Assembly (NCBI GenBank): GCA_024679065.1
Contig: JAGIQG010000005.1
Span: 60,574,001-60,638,000, forward strand
DNA from: Sphyrna mokarran
Lineage: Eukaryota
DNA length: 64,000 nt
Direction: 5' to 3'
In this document: one piece after another, positions 26,340 to 38,849 of the stretch
Numbering within the stretch: the first letter of the stretch is position 1
Layout: every line of letters starts with the position of its first letter
Program-made: the position numbers and the translations under genes
Notes under the pieces: generated by a model
What the model was told of the DNA's origin: nothing
The model's input: only the letters and a program-made list of their open reading frames with translations
The model's database searches: none

Positions 26340-28060
26340 TGGCCCTTTGAATTAAATAAAATCTAGAATAAACAGGATCAAATCAGTAATGGCGACCATA
26401 CAGGTACTGGAATGTAGTACAGTTACATTCAATAACCTCCTACAAGAAAGAAAATCTGCCATCCTCACCCACATACAACTCAAGACTCAGAACAATGTGG
26501 TTGACTCTTAACTGGCCATTGAAACGTTATAGAAAACCACAGAAATAAAGAGCCAGTACTGAAAAGTCAAATAAGGATAAAGCCTGTCAGGTCACTCAGC
26601 ATTGACCAAGGTCCCAGGTAAGACAAACATGTACCTAGGCCAATCGAGCAGGCAACTCCTCTACAATAATATCTGGGGACTTGTGTCAAAGTGGGTGAAC
26701 TATTCCACAGACTAGTCAAGCAACAGCTTGACATAGGGGGCACACTAAATCATTCTGGTCAGCCAACATCATAGACTCCTTCATTCCTTGTCCCATTGGC
26801 AGGACGAATCCACCTGAGGTGGCTGTGGCAGTGTGGCATTCAGTCAGAGAGGAGTGGCCATGAGAGTGCTAAATGATGAATCCAATCACCATAGAGTCTC
26901 ATGGCATCAGGCCCTGGACCTCATTACAGCCATGGTCCAAACAACTGAACTTTAGAAAGGAGGCATGAATGATTGCCCTTGAAATCAAGGCAGCACTTGA
27001 TCATGTGTGTCATCGAAGAGCCCAAGTAGAAGTGAAATCAAATGGACTCAGGAAAAGGACTCTTCAATGGCAGGAGACAAACCTAGTGCAAAGAAAATGA
27101 TTGTGGTTTCTTAAAGGCCAGTTATCACAGGCTGAGAATATCGTTGCAGAGTTTCTCAAAGCAGGCTCCTCGGCCCCATCAACTTCGGCTGCTTCATCAA
27201 TGATCTTGCATTATCATAAATTCAGTAGTGAAAGTGTTGTTGATAACTGCCCTATTCATACTTCCTCAGATAACGAAGCAGACTGCAATGGAAATTCAGC
27301 AGGACTCGGACTTTTGCTGTAATGTGGCACAATTAATAGTTGCCACTTAAGTCTCAGGAAATGACCACCACCACCACCACAAAAGCGATTCAAACCACCT
27401 CTTCTTAATATTCAACAGGATCACCGTTGTTAAAAAAAGGCACTATCAACATTCTAGGCATCATCACTGATCAAAATCTTAGTTGGATCACCCATATGAT
27501 ACCAATACAAGAAAGGTCAAAACTGGAATTCTGCACATCTCCTGACTCCCAAAGCCTTTTCATGATCTACAAGGCTCAAACACTCTCCATTTGAACCAGA
27601 TGAGTGCAGCTCCAACAAATCTCAAGATGCCCGTAATACCTAGGACAAAACAGCTTAATTGGCAACCTACCTACTATATTGAACTTCGTCTTCCTCCACC
27701 ACCAGCACACAGCGGCAGAAGTGTGGAGTATTCCTAAGATTAACTGTAGCAGCTCACCAAGGCCTCTTTGGTAGCAGCTTCCAAACCTGCAGCCTCAACA
27801 CCTAGAACAACAAAGGCAACAGTGCTTGGGAATGAAATTCCCCTTCAAGTTACACACAATCTTAACTTGAAAGTATATTGCTGTCCCTTCATTGCGGCTA
27901 GGTCAAAACTCTCGAACGCTCATCCTGAAAGCACTGTGGCTCTACATATACCAGGTGGACCTGCTGCAGTTTAAGAAGATGGTTCATCAACATGTTCTCA
28001 AAAGTAATTAGGTATGGGCATTAAATGTTGGTCTCATCAGTCATGCCTGCATCCCACAGA
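26340..28060 (+). mobile_element. Fragmented LINE of the same family as 13700-14760
   Basis: Shared motifs (gaaatcaaggcagcacttga, ctgcttcatcaatga, tail gggcattaaatgttggtc..gcatcccac). Confidence 0.7.
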
Positions 28061-28677
28061 TGAATATAATTTTATCCCATACTTAACTGCAACCAATTAT
28101 CTTATTAGGTTTAATTATAGATTACCTACTAGCAACTGTATCACAACACAATCCATCTTGGGAGGTTCAGACTGGAGGGTCTGAATCACCACTAACATAC
28201 ATATTTCCCTGAAACAGGAAATTTGAAAAGTGATAGACATAGATTGACAGAAAAAGTATGACTTAAAAAGGGAATCTAAGCTAAACATAAAACTTTTTAA
28301 TTTAAACAGATTCTTGCAAGTGCTAAACTAAAGATAGTGAGTACGATTCTTCCCCAAAAATTCTAAGTGTCGAATTTGCATAAAATCTGGAGTAAATCCT
28401 ATAGGTGCTTTCAATGGGAGTTTCAAAATGAATCTCCTATATGCTGTGCACTGCAGCATGCCTCAGCATGATTCATGTGAAAAACCAGGGAGCGGTGCCT
28501 ATTCCCATTGGAGAGGCCTGCAGCATAGCGCTGAGGCGCCAGTGTGTATGTACTAATCTGTCAGTGCCGAGACCTGCGCCTGCACAGTGGCCCCTGTCTG
28601 CCAGCGTCCTGATCGCTGGCCAGCCCCACAACCCCTACATTGCTGGCCGTGCGATCCCTCTATGGCCTGATCGTTGG

Positions 28678-28896
28678 TACAGTAAGAAATCTGACAACAC
28701 CAGGTTTAAATCCAGCCGATTTATTTGATAGTAAACTCACAAGCTTTCGACCCTCTGGCTTTCGTCAGGTGAAGGCCAGAGGATTGAAAGCTTGTGAGTT
28801 TACTATTAAATAAATCGGTTGGATTTAAACCTGGCGTTGTCAGACTTCTTACTGTGTTTACCCCAGTCCAACGCCGGCATCTCCACATCATGACTA
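28678..28896. mobile_element. Penelope-like inverted terminal-repeat element forming a ~175 nt hairpin, 11-nt TSD
   Basis: Arms 28679-28763 and 28771-28855 are near-perfect reverse complements. CTGATCGTTGG is duplicated at 28667-28677 and 28897-28907. Confidence 0.8.
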
Positions 28897-29603
28897 CTGA
28901 TCGTTGGCCCAGGCCAGCCTCGACTCCATCTCCTTAATCGCAGATCTGATCTCCCGATTTCTGAGCCAAAACTGATGACACCAGAAACCCGGTGCTAGGA
29001 GACGCATGGAGGCTAAGGTCTATGGTGCCCAGTGGGAAGCAACACAGCAGGATGCGAAAATTACCCCCGATTTTTCTAAAATGATGTTCAAACACCAGAA
29101 ATTTAGCAGCAAATTAAAAATTTTTTAAATGTTCTGAATTACTCAACGAACCAAGGCAAAGAAAGAATAGACTCATCATAATTTCAATTTATGGCTTGTG
29201 CTAAGTTTAATCATTTCAGCCAGATTGCCAGCAGTGTTAACACAACTGGTCTTAGCTGTCCCAAGTTAGAGAGAGGAAAATTAACCATAGTTTTCATTCC
29301 TGGTTGCAGTCCAGGAACCAATACTACAAGTAAGCTTGTGAAAAATATGCTGAACACATGCTAGAATTTTCCGTGAAGTCTAACTGTCACCAGTCTGCTG
29401 ATACTGAATGACAAAATGCAAATTTGAAGAATGGTCGCTTGTGATAGGTACCACAGAATGACTGCACCTATCAATCTGAACTGAAACAAGCAGCTACAAA
29501 CTTCAGCAGGGGTAAGATTGCTGGAAAAAGACAAAGAATTAAAAAAAACAAAACTATTTGACAAATGGTCAAGTTAATATATAATTTGAAATAAAACACT
29601 CAC

Positions 29604-30095
29604 CATTTTCACCCTTAAAAGAAGATTCATCAATATTAGAATTTAATTCTACTGTTGCATTTTGAGCAGTGTCAGACTGTAAATGGATTCTCTCATGATC
29701 GCTTAGCTCAGGAGTGGATATGGGCTCCTCTTCAAAACCTAGAGTGTCCTCACCAATACTTATACCTTCATCTGCAAATAGTTTGTAACATAATTCTTCT
29801 TTTAAAACACTTTTGTTTTCATGCTTCCCCTGGACTTCCAAAAATGGTTCCAACATTTGGATAATTTCTCCTGCTGGAGGTTTATATACAATTCCTTTTT
29901 TGTCCACGACAGAAAGCAACGCAACTGGGTGCGTTTCATTGGATGTGCTTTCGGAAAGACTTGCTCCTAAGCCAGTTTCCTCCACTTTGTTGTTTCCTGG
30001 TTGTTCAAGTGTTCTGCCATGCATGTTGCTAGTTATGTTTAGATTGTTGGGTCTAAAAGTAGCAGTCAAGGATATACTTGTGTCATCCCACTCAT
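29604..30095 (-). CDS. BSDC1-like exon 9 (large acidic, low-complexity exon)
   Basis: 492 nt open frame (ORF track 29569..30105), acceptor gtcttcag, donor gtgagt, phase 1-1. Weak similarity to BSDC1 (ELNS motif, LCYKLF vs LSQKLL). Confidence 0.85.
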
Positions 30096-30217
30096 CTGAA
30101 GACAAAAAGATGAAACAGAAACTATTTTAAATTACTTAGATCATTATACTATTCTATGTACACAAGATCACTTAAATAAATCTCCACAATGGAGCAAGGA
30201 GTTCTAAGTATCTGTAC

Positions 30218-30299
30218 CTTCATCATCTTCCCATTTAAGATCCTCAGAGTGTGTGCTTTGTTCTGCCCTTTCTTTTAAAGCTTGTCTCCTAGATTCCTC
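30218..30299 (-). CDS. BSDC1-like exon 8: EESRRQALKERAEQSTHSEDLKWEDDE
   Basis: AG/GT bounded, 82 nt. Matches BSDC1 EQARRDALKQRAEQS..WEEEE. Confidence 0.92.
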
Positions 30300-33262
30300 C
30301 TAAACAAAAATTGCAATAAATAATGTGTATTAGTTTGTAATTCTGATTTAATTTTAATATTTCCTCTTTCTTTATCTCATTCACTTCTTCCCTGTTACCT
30401 GCTGAATTTGTCTATTTTTGTTATTATCTAACTGTTACATGTTTATACATTATTTTTTATTGCAAGTTACATTGCAATTCAGCCTTTGGACCGTGCAATT
30501 ATTATATGAATAACTGGTATTTCCATTATTTATTACCATGCCCCTTTACATACTGTATTCAGACTGTGTTTACATTTTACATTACGTGGCTAGTGTCCCC
30601 AGTGCTGCCTTAGAAATCTTTGAAATCTCTTTCAAATGTAAATTTCAGGTTGATCTGGAGATTCTTTTCTCTTTGCTTTGAATCACTTTGAAGTCATTTG
30701 TTCATATTCAATCCATGAACATTGGATTGACAGCCCCAGTCTATTTTAAAGGAGGAATTTCCACAACCAATCTTGAAAAGCAACAAATGAACAAAAAGCT
30801 CTTTAATGTTCTCTGATTAACAATGTCATCTACTTCAAATGCAGAATTAACTTTGTTTTCATAGCCCTTCACCATACGTTACTTTTACGAGCTTCCTGAT
30901 CAACAGCTGAGTACTTTCCAGAAGAGGGAATAGTTTGGTTTGTTTTTGTAGCACCTTATACTCCATTAACTCTTGAGATACTTCACTTTTTGAGCAGGTA
31001 TTCTTTCTGACTACATTTTCATACTGGTTTTCTTTCTATGGTGAAGTTCCCTCTAGAAAGAGCAGGTGCTCTGCCTGACCAGATTTTTTAAGGGAATATT
31101 TTTTCAAATCTGAAATGCTTCCTAGAAAGCTCATGTGTGCAGTTTGAGTGCAATGTTTAAAGGAGTTTTTTTCTAATTCTTATGCCTGAACAGCCTGCGT
31201 TTAGTGGGAGCCAATTTTAACAAATACAAGCAATTGACACAATTAAAGTCCAAGGGATCCTCAATGAGGACCTTCTCATAGTCACTGCTGAATTCTCTCG
31301 AAAGACATGATGGCCACATCAAGGGGGCTCAGAAGCTGTTGTAGCTCCTGGTAGTCAGGATAAGATATGCCTTGGCATTGCCCCTCTGGGACACAGGCAG
31401 TGCTTGAAGGGGAAAGCTTTTGGCTATCCCAAATTAGGGTGTTGCTCATTTGGGAGGGGTAGCGAGTGCTACTGGGGATGGGGTATGTTGGGGAATGATT
31501 GGGGTAGATGGGTGACCCAACCATTTAGTGATGGGGAATGGGAATGAGTTAGTTGTCTCTCTATGCTGAAGGGTTGGGGGTGATGCCCTTATCTGCTGGG
31601 CAGGGGCGGAATTTGCAAAGTCCTGAGGGGGGTTGGAGGAGGGGGTGGCTGTCACTTTACTCGAAAATTGGAGCATCCTTTTTAAAAGAACCTCAATCTC
31701 AGAGGAACCTGACTTGTATTCCAACATGTGTAAGCCCAACCTCACACAAACCCCATTCCCCTCCAAAAAAAATGATTAGTTGTGGGTGGATTGCAATTGG
31801 GATCGCACGCAAACATGATGCAATTCCCACTTGAGATGATAGTCTTTTTCTTTTGGTGAACTGTGCCCCATAGATCTGAATTAGGTACTTGGTACAATAT
31901 GATCAGAACAACAGTCAGCCCCATTAATAACAGCTGCTAATATTTAATAAGCTAGGAGTCTCAGAAAACTTCCAGTGATAGTCCTGATAAACACAGTATT
32001 CCACTAAACAAATTGTGGCATAGCTGTCTCCTTATTCTCTACTGTGCCATCAGACTTTTAAATGGATCTACCTCGCATTAATTTGATCTTTTTTTATTCT
32101 AGCTATGACTGTAACATTACATTCTACACTCCCTCATTTTCTTTTCTATATACAGTATACTCTGTCTGTACAGCACACAAAAAACAATACTTTTCACTTT
32201 ATACACGTGTCAATAATAAATCAAATCAAATGGTGATTCTGCTATTTCAGTAATTGGCACTAATTGGGGAAGTCACTTAGAAGGTGCACAAGTTTGAAAC
32301 AAGGCAACAACATTCCATCATCCTGAGTGGAATATTTTGTTTTATTTGTTCATGAAGTGTGGACATTGCTGCACTGGCCAGCCTTTACTGCTCATCTCTG
32401 AGGATATTTAACAGTCAACCACATTGCTGGAGTCACACATAGGCGAGACAAGGTAAGAACGACAAATTTCCTTCCCTAAAGGAAACTGGTGAACCAGACA
32501 AGTTTTTATGACAATCAACAATGGGTTCATGATCATGGTTAATCTTTTAATTCCAGATTTTTTATTTCTTAATTCGAATTTTACCATCTGCAATGGTAGA
32601 TTTGAATCAGGGTAACCAGAACATTATCCTGAGTTTCTGGATTACTAGTTCTGTAACAATACCACTGCACCTCTGCCCTACCCAAGAAAAAATATTCTGG
32701 TACCATTTTGCTCATATTATAAGCTTACTCTTCTTAAGGCTATTTTATTATAAAAGACAATCAGCATCACTTGTCTGGAAGTGACATAAATTTATTACAA
32801 ATGCTTTTGCCTACAGAAATCCAATATTCAGTAGAATATTTAGTTAGAACTAACTGCCAACCCAATCCCCAAGTTTCTCCAATAGCACAATTTCACAGCA
32901 ACCCCCATCCTCAAATCCCATTTTCTGGTAAACTTTGTCTCTGCTTTTCTGTCCTCATCCTTTCTTGCTCTTGAAAAAGACGAATCGTAGTACAGCATTT
33001 TCATGAATATTAATCACCTTCCAATAATCAAACTTACTAGGAGTGATCCTCTGTACTAATTAGGCATTTGATCCAGAGGGTGCCACAACCAAACCTGACC
33101 TACTCCTCACCTGCCATTCAAAACAGGGGAATTTACAGCAATTGTTTATTTTCATCTTCCATCCCACCATCGCTACCCAGATATGCTGAAATTAAAGTTA
33201 GTATCCATACTGCACATCTTTATTGTCTTGTCCAGAAAATGTCTATCCATTGCAGTCCTGAC

Positions 33263-33331
33263 CTGATGAAGTTGGTGGACTCTGTAGAAATACCGACACC
33301 AAAAGTCAGCATGAGTGACCTCAGAAGGAAC
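33263..33331 (-). CDS. BSDC1-like exon 7: VPSEVTHADFWCRYFYRVHQLHQ (BSD domain FW motif)
   Basis: 69 nt, AG/GT bounded. Matches BSDC1 VPAAVSHSEFWHRYFYKVHQLEQ. Confidence 0.93.
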
Positions 33332-34016
33332 CTGTTAAAACATTTCAAATAAAAATAGGCAAATCAAACATAAAAAGCTCACATATACAATAAAAGCACA
33401 GTAAAGTTAAAGCACAAAGTGCTATTGATAAAACAATGCTTCTTATGAGTTACATAAAATTAATAGATTTGTCTAAATTAGCATGGCTTAGCTCATTCAC
33501 AAAAATGAGATTGCAAGGTTGATCCTCAAAAGAATAATATTTCAGCCCACTTTTCCAAACCACAACTTTTTAAAAGTTCACAGGAATAATGTGATGAAAG
33601 TAAAATTGTTAGCTCAAACTGAATTTGAATTTTTTTGCAGCAATTTGAAGAAATTGTTTTAGCTTCACAATCCATATTTTTCTTCCAAGAATACAAATGA
33701 ATCTATAGTAAGGTAAAGTCCAAGATGACCATAGGCTGCTCTTGCTTTTGATGGGGAGAGCTGACTAATGGCAATTTTACCTGAAGATTAGGAAACACCT
33801 CAGGAAAAAGGGCAAGGTTGAAAGGCAGGCCTGTATGAATAACCTCAGCCAATACAAGAATTGAACCTGTGCTCTGCATCGTGAACTAACCATCCAGCCA
33901 ACAGAGCGAACTGACTCCTCAAGAGCTGGAAGTGAAATCCATCTTTGCACATGTGTGGTTGCATGCAACATATCTAAGTACTTTAATTCACCAAAAATGT
34001 TTTCTGTTAAATTTAC

Positions 34017-34123
34017 CAGTTTTGCATAAAGATCTCTTATTGATGGACTATTGACCAAGAGATTCGATATTGTACAGTTCTCATCTTCCAAGGTGAAGGT
34101 CAACAGCCAGAAGTTAAATTGAT
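34017..34123 (-). CDS. BSDC1-like exon 6: (D)QFNFWLLTFTLEDENCTISNLLVNSPSIRDLYAKL (BSD domain)
   Basis: Acceptor tctgcag, donor gtaaat, in frame with exons 5 and 7. Matches ISELLVGSPSIRALYTKM. Confidence 0.85.
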
Positions 34124-35511
34124 CTGCAGACATAAAAGGATTCACATAGAATGAGAAAAGAGTGAGCTCATCCAAATAATCACCGAAAACAGGTCAGCTT
34201 TGAAATTCAGTATTTAATTTGCTGGAAAGAACTAAAATAAATTTGAATATTTTGAATGACAGAAAATATTTCCTGCAGGTTACTCACTAATAAGAAGCAC
34301 TGATTTTTTTCATTATGCACATTCAAAGCAAAACTGAGACTGAACCATGAAGGAAGGATATGTAGGGAGACTGAAACCAACAATTTCTGTGTAATCATTA
34401 AATTCTAGGTGAGCAAATCAGGTGAATATCTAAGAAATTGCTTTGCACTGGAGTTAGAAACACAGTGAAAATGACAAATCTTATTTGTTACACAGGCCAC
34501 AAGGAATAACAAATCTGCACATTGTTTTCTAATTACCCTGGATGCATTATTCTGAATCACTAACATTGTTTAATTTTTATTAGGATAGAGAATTGTCTCT
34601 CAGTTCTGGCATGGGAATGATTCCTGCTGACAGCGCTGGCATGGTCTTGGGCTGAATCTTATGCCTCATTGGTAATAAATTTTATGCCTATGAGTTTCAC
34701 GTTCCCTCTGATTTGCCAGCCCCACAACAACCTAACCACTGCAAGAACTGGACAGCTCCATATAAACGGCACACCAGCACTTTCACAATGACTGCAGGGA
34801 ATGGCAAACAAGGCAGCACCTTGCTACTTGGAGGGGGCCCTCACCAGAATGCTGGATGGAGTAAAGGCAGGAACCTCAATCCTGGCTCTCCACCCCTTGG
34901 ATAAAGTGAGAATGAGCAGCAATGTCAGAAGATGAATGATCTTCTTCACTCAGCAGGGTAAGTGAACCACCCCCAGTCTCTCACTTAACCCCCTCGCACA
35001 CTTTTTGCACATCTAATCGCTGTCTTTAACTCAGTAAATGCCAAGGTAGCTAACAACAGGCACCAGCTTTCTCCTTTCCTTGCAAAATCACCATGTTTGC
35101 TTAGTACCTGCTATGTTTCTCACACTCCAGTTCCCATTCAAATCCAATGCATGCCACATCTCATCACCAGCTTAAATGCCAATGCTCCCACCTACACTCT
35201 TCCTCTTTTGTGTCATCACAGGTCAAACTCAACCACAACAGGTGTAAGCGGGCGCACCTAGCTGGTGGAGACATGCCTGAACTGAGAACTCTCACACGTT
35301 CTGAGGAGTGAGCCCTTGACTCACTAGGGAGGAGGAAGAGCGTGCCTATGCTGCTGCTGAAATGAGGACAGCAGAGAAATGTGATGAATTCCTACATGAA
35401 ATAATCTAGTACGTAAAGAGGAATGATGCAATAGTTAAAATATGAAAATCTTTGGAAGAAATTTTGTTTGCAACTCTCCAAATGTCAATTTTACTTTTTG
35501 TTACATCTTAC

Positions 35512-35566
35512 CATCTGGCCTACTGGAGTACGTTGCAGGATCAGTCTGAAGGTTACTGAGACGGAT
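35512..35566 (-). CDS. BSDC1-like exon 5: IRLSNLQTDPATYSSRPD
   Basis: 55 nt, AG/GT bounded. Matches ARLYSLQSDPATYCNEPDG. Confidence 0.92.
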
Positions 35567-35659
35567 CTGTGAAATAAAAAATGGTAGAAGATAGCTGTTT
35601 TGAAAAAATAATTTATCCTTCTACTTCACCTCTATCCATTATCTGACAACACTGTGTAC

Positions 35660-35827
35660 CTTAAAACTATCATATGACTCGCTAATTTGCATTTGAGTAT
35701 CATTTATTGTTTCCACATCAGACGTGATGGATCCTTCTGCTGTAGGTGTAAATGCATCAGAGATAGCTCCAAGCAATTTTGACAGCCCTTTGCTCAATGC
35801 TTGGTCTCCTTCTGTGTGTTCCTCAAC
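35660..35827 (-). CDS. BSDC1-like exon 4: VEEHTEGDQALSKGLSKLLGAISDAFTPTAEGSITSDVETINDTQMQISESYDSFK
   Basis: 168 nt, AG/GT bounded. Matches KKGLSDFLGVISDTFAPS...YD. Confidence 0.9.
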
Positions 35828-36159
35828 CTGGAAGAGAAGAAAAGCACCAAAATAAATCCTCTACACTTCTGCAGTTTGTAAATATCATGGTAATATCTAT
35901 CTCTGGTTTTACTGAACATAGGAGTGGGGGAGAAAATAACAGCTATGTTCAATGAAAATTAAAAATCATATTAGCTCATGAACTTGATGACTGAAAGATG
36001 TTGCATACTTTCCTTTGAAATATGGTTCAATGTATAATGCTTAAATTCACAAATTTGCAGTTACATTATTGCTGGAACATAAATACCAAAACAGCAAAGA
36101 CATTCTACCTTTTGTTATCAGAAATCATTAACTATATTACACTTTATTATCAACATGAA

Positions 36160-38420
36160 ATAAAATGAAGTGCTGGAAAAATACAGCTGATCTGGCAGCA
36201 TCTATGAAGAAAGGAACAGAGTTTCAAATTCTTATGACCCTTCTTCAGAATTACAGAGAGGCAGAAATGTGATGGATTATATACTGTACAAAAGGGATAG
36301 AGCAGCTGGGGCAGATTAGAAGATCAGTGAAAGGTGGATCAGATTGCAGCAAAGATGTGTAAATCGCAAGAGAAGGAAGCACGTAGGGCTGTAGTAGGTG
36401 ATGATAGTGGCATAATGGTAACATATCAGAATGTATTAGTGGAAGAACAAATGTCAGTGCTCAGTGAATACAAAACCAAAGAATAAGTGATTGATGGCAA
36501 AGTGGATGAGAGGAGCAGGAGAACTGAATTGGCTCAAAAAATATTTTGGATATAAAAAAAGGAGATTAAGAGGAAGGAGAAAGATCACAGTCTAAAGTTG
36601 TTGCAACTCAGTATTGAATCCTGAGGGCTGCAACATGCCTCATCAGAAGACAAGATGTTGTTCCACCAGCTTTAGCTGGTCTTTACAGGAGCTTTGCAGC
36701 AGGCCAAAGATGAACATTTGAACAAGCATGAGAGCAAGTTGTTGCATTGAAACGGCAATTGACAAGAAGGTTGGAATTATACCTGCAGGCTGAGTGAAAA
36801 TGTTCTGCATAGCAGTCACCCTAGAACATAGAACATAGAACATTAAAGCACAGAACAGGCCCTTCGGCCTTCGATGTTGCGCCGACCAATATAAAAAGCA
36901 ATGCCCCTCCAAACTAAACCATTCCCTTCTCTTCCATATACTTATCAACTAACCTCTTAAACGCCACCAAACTTGGCGCATCTACAACCGCTGCAGGCAG
37001 GGCATTCCACTCCCGAACCACCCTTTGGGTAAAGAACCTGCATCTGATATCCGTCCTATAACTATCACCCCTTAATTTAAAGCTGTGTCCCCTCGTGCTA
37101 GCTTTTTCCATCCTAGGAAAAAGGCTATCACTGTCCACCCTATCTAAACCTCTAATCATCTTATATGTTTCGATCAGGTCCCCTCTTAGCCTCCTCCTTT
37201 CTAACGAAAACAACCTCAAATCCCTCAGCCTCTCTTCATAAGACCTGCCCTCCATACCAGGCAACATCCTGGTAAACCTCCTCTGTACCCTCTCCAATGC
37301 CTCCACATCTTTCTTATAATGTGGGGACCAGAACTGCACACAATACTCCAAGTGCGGCCGCACTAGAGTTTTGTACAGTTGCAACATGACGTTGCGGCTC
37401 CGAAATTCAATCCCTCTACCAATAAAAGCCAAGACTCCATATGCCTTCCTAACAACCTTCTCGACCTGACTGCCTACTTTCAGGGATCTATGCACATACA
37501 CACCAAGATCCCTCTGTTCATCTAGACTACTAAGAATCCTACCATTTGCCCTATACTCTACACATTTATTATTTCTGCCATAGTGCATTACCTCACACTT
37601 TTCCACATTAAACTCCATTTGCCACCTCTCGGCCCAGCTCTGCAACTTGTCCAAGTCCCTCTGCAAACTATAACACCCCTCTTCACTATCTACCACTCCA
37701 CCGACTTTAGTGTCATCTGCAAATTTACTAATCCCTGTCTGTGGTTAATCTCCACAATGTAGAGAAGACCACATTGAGAACAGTGAATACAATAGACCAA
37801 ATTGAAGGAGGTACAAGTGAAATACTACTTAACCTGACAGAAATGTTTGGGATCTTAAATGGTGATGAGGGAGGAGATTAAGGGACAGGTGTTGCACCTT
37901 ATGCGATTTCATGGGGAGGTGCCATTTAAAGGGAATGGAGTGGTAGGGTGATGGTGAAATGGACTAGGGTGTCATGAAGGAAGTGGTCCATGCAGAATTC
38001 TGACACAGAGAGTGACGTGTTTCATGGTGGCATCATGCTGGAGTTGGTGGAAATCACGGAGGATGATCCTTTGAATGCAGACGCTAGTGTGGTGGGAAAT
38101 GTGAGCAAGGGAGACCCTATCATGGAGGAAAGGAAGGTTTGAGAGCATAAGTGCAGTTTCCTTAATCTTGGTTAAGGAAAAAGGCAGACATGTCAGAAAT
38201 ACCATTTTCCAAGGTGGCATCATTGGAATTGATGCGATAGAGATGGAGAAACTTGGAGAATGGGATGGATTCCTTATAAGAAGCAGAGCGTGAGGAGGTG
38301 CACTCAAGGTAGCTGTGGGAATCAGTGAGCTTGTATTTCTCTTGTCACAAATGCTGTCAAACATGCTGTTATTTCCAGCACGTTATGTTTTTATTTCAGA
38401 TTTCCCACATCCGCATATTC
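36160..38420 (-). mobile_element. Old Penelope-like element remnant (GIY-YIG region) split by the CR1 insertion
   Basis: Minus strand near 37740-37830 reads FTCTSFNLVYCIHCSQCGLLYIVE and resumes GDCYAEH after the CR1, matching the PLE endonuclease NLVYCIxCxxCGLLYIGET..RLGDRFAEH pattern. Confidence 0.7.
36823..37732 (-). mobile_element. Young 5'-truncated CR1 LINE (RT C-terminus intact)
   Basis: Uninterrupted frame ISKFADDTK...LQRDLDKLQSWAERWQMEFNVEKC...YKTLVRPHLEYCVQFWSP (ORF 36914..37696), with a (CTATGTT)n tail. Confidence 0.95.
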
Positions 38421-38732
38421 TGCTTTCAGTGTAACTGGATTAGTTTTCCACTGAAATCGCAGCATGACTAAAATTGCTGTCATGCAAAGATCATAAATAA
38501 GAGCTTTTTTTTATAATATGTATATATTATTCAGTGCATTCACACATCCCATTATAGATATGTTTATCAATATTGAAACAAAATAAACAGAAGCATGATC
38601 CTTAGAGGAATTTAATGCTTCTACCAGAACTTGCTTACACTTCCTTACAAGAAAAAAAGTAAATTTATTAACAGATATGCAATCAGAAACTTGGTATGTA
38701 CAGTGTAAGTTATAAATAGGCTACAAACTCAC

Positions 38733-38849
38733 ATTAAGTTTCTCTTTGAATGCTAAAGCTGTGGCTGCAATGGTAGTCACAGTGTCATGTTGGATAACCT
38801 GAGTGAATTCAGCCAGATCATGTGTCAAAAATTCCACAGCTTTTGCAGA
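38733..38849 (-). CDS. BSDC1-like exon 3: SAKAVEFLTHDLAEFTQVIQHDTVTTIAATALAFKEKLN
   Basis: 117 nt, acceptor tttgcag, donor gtgagt. Matches SSEALEFMKRDLTEFTQVVQHDTACTIAATASVVKEKL. Confidence 0.93.

Noticed and set aside
34124-35511. U12-type intron to explain the odd exon 6 acceptor
   Set aside because: The donor is gtaaga, not RTATCCTT, and no clear TCCTTAAC branch site is present.
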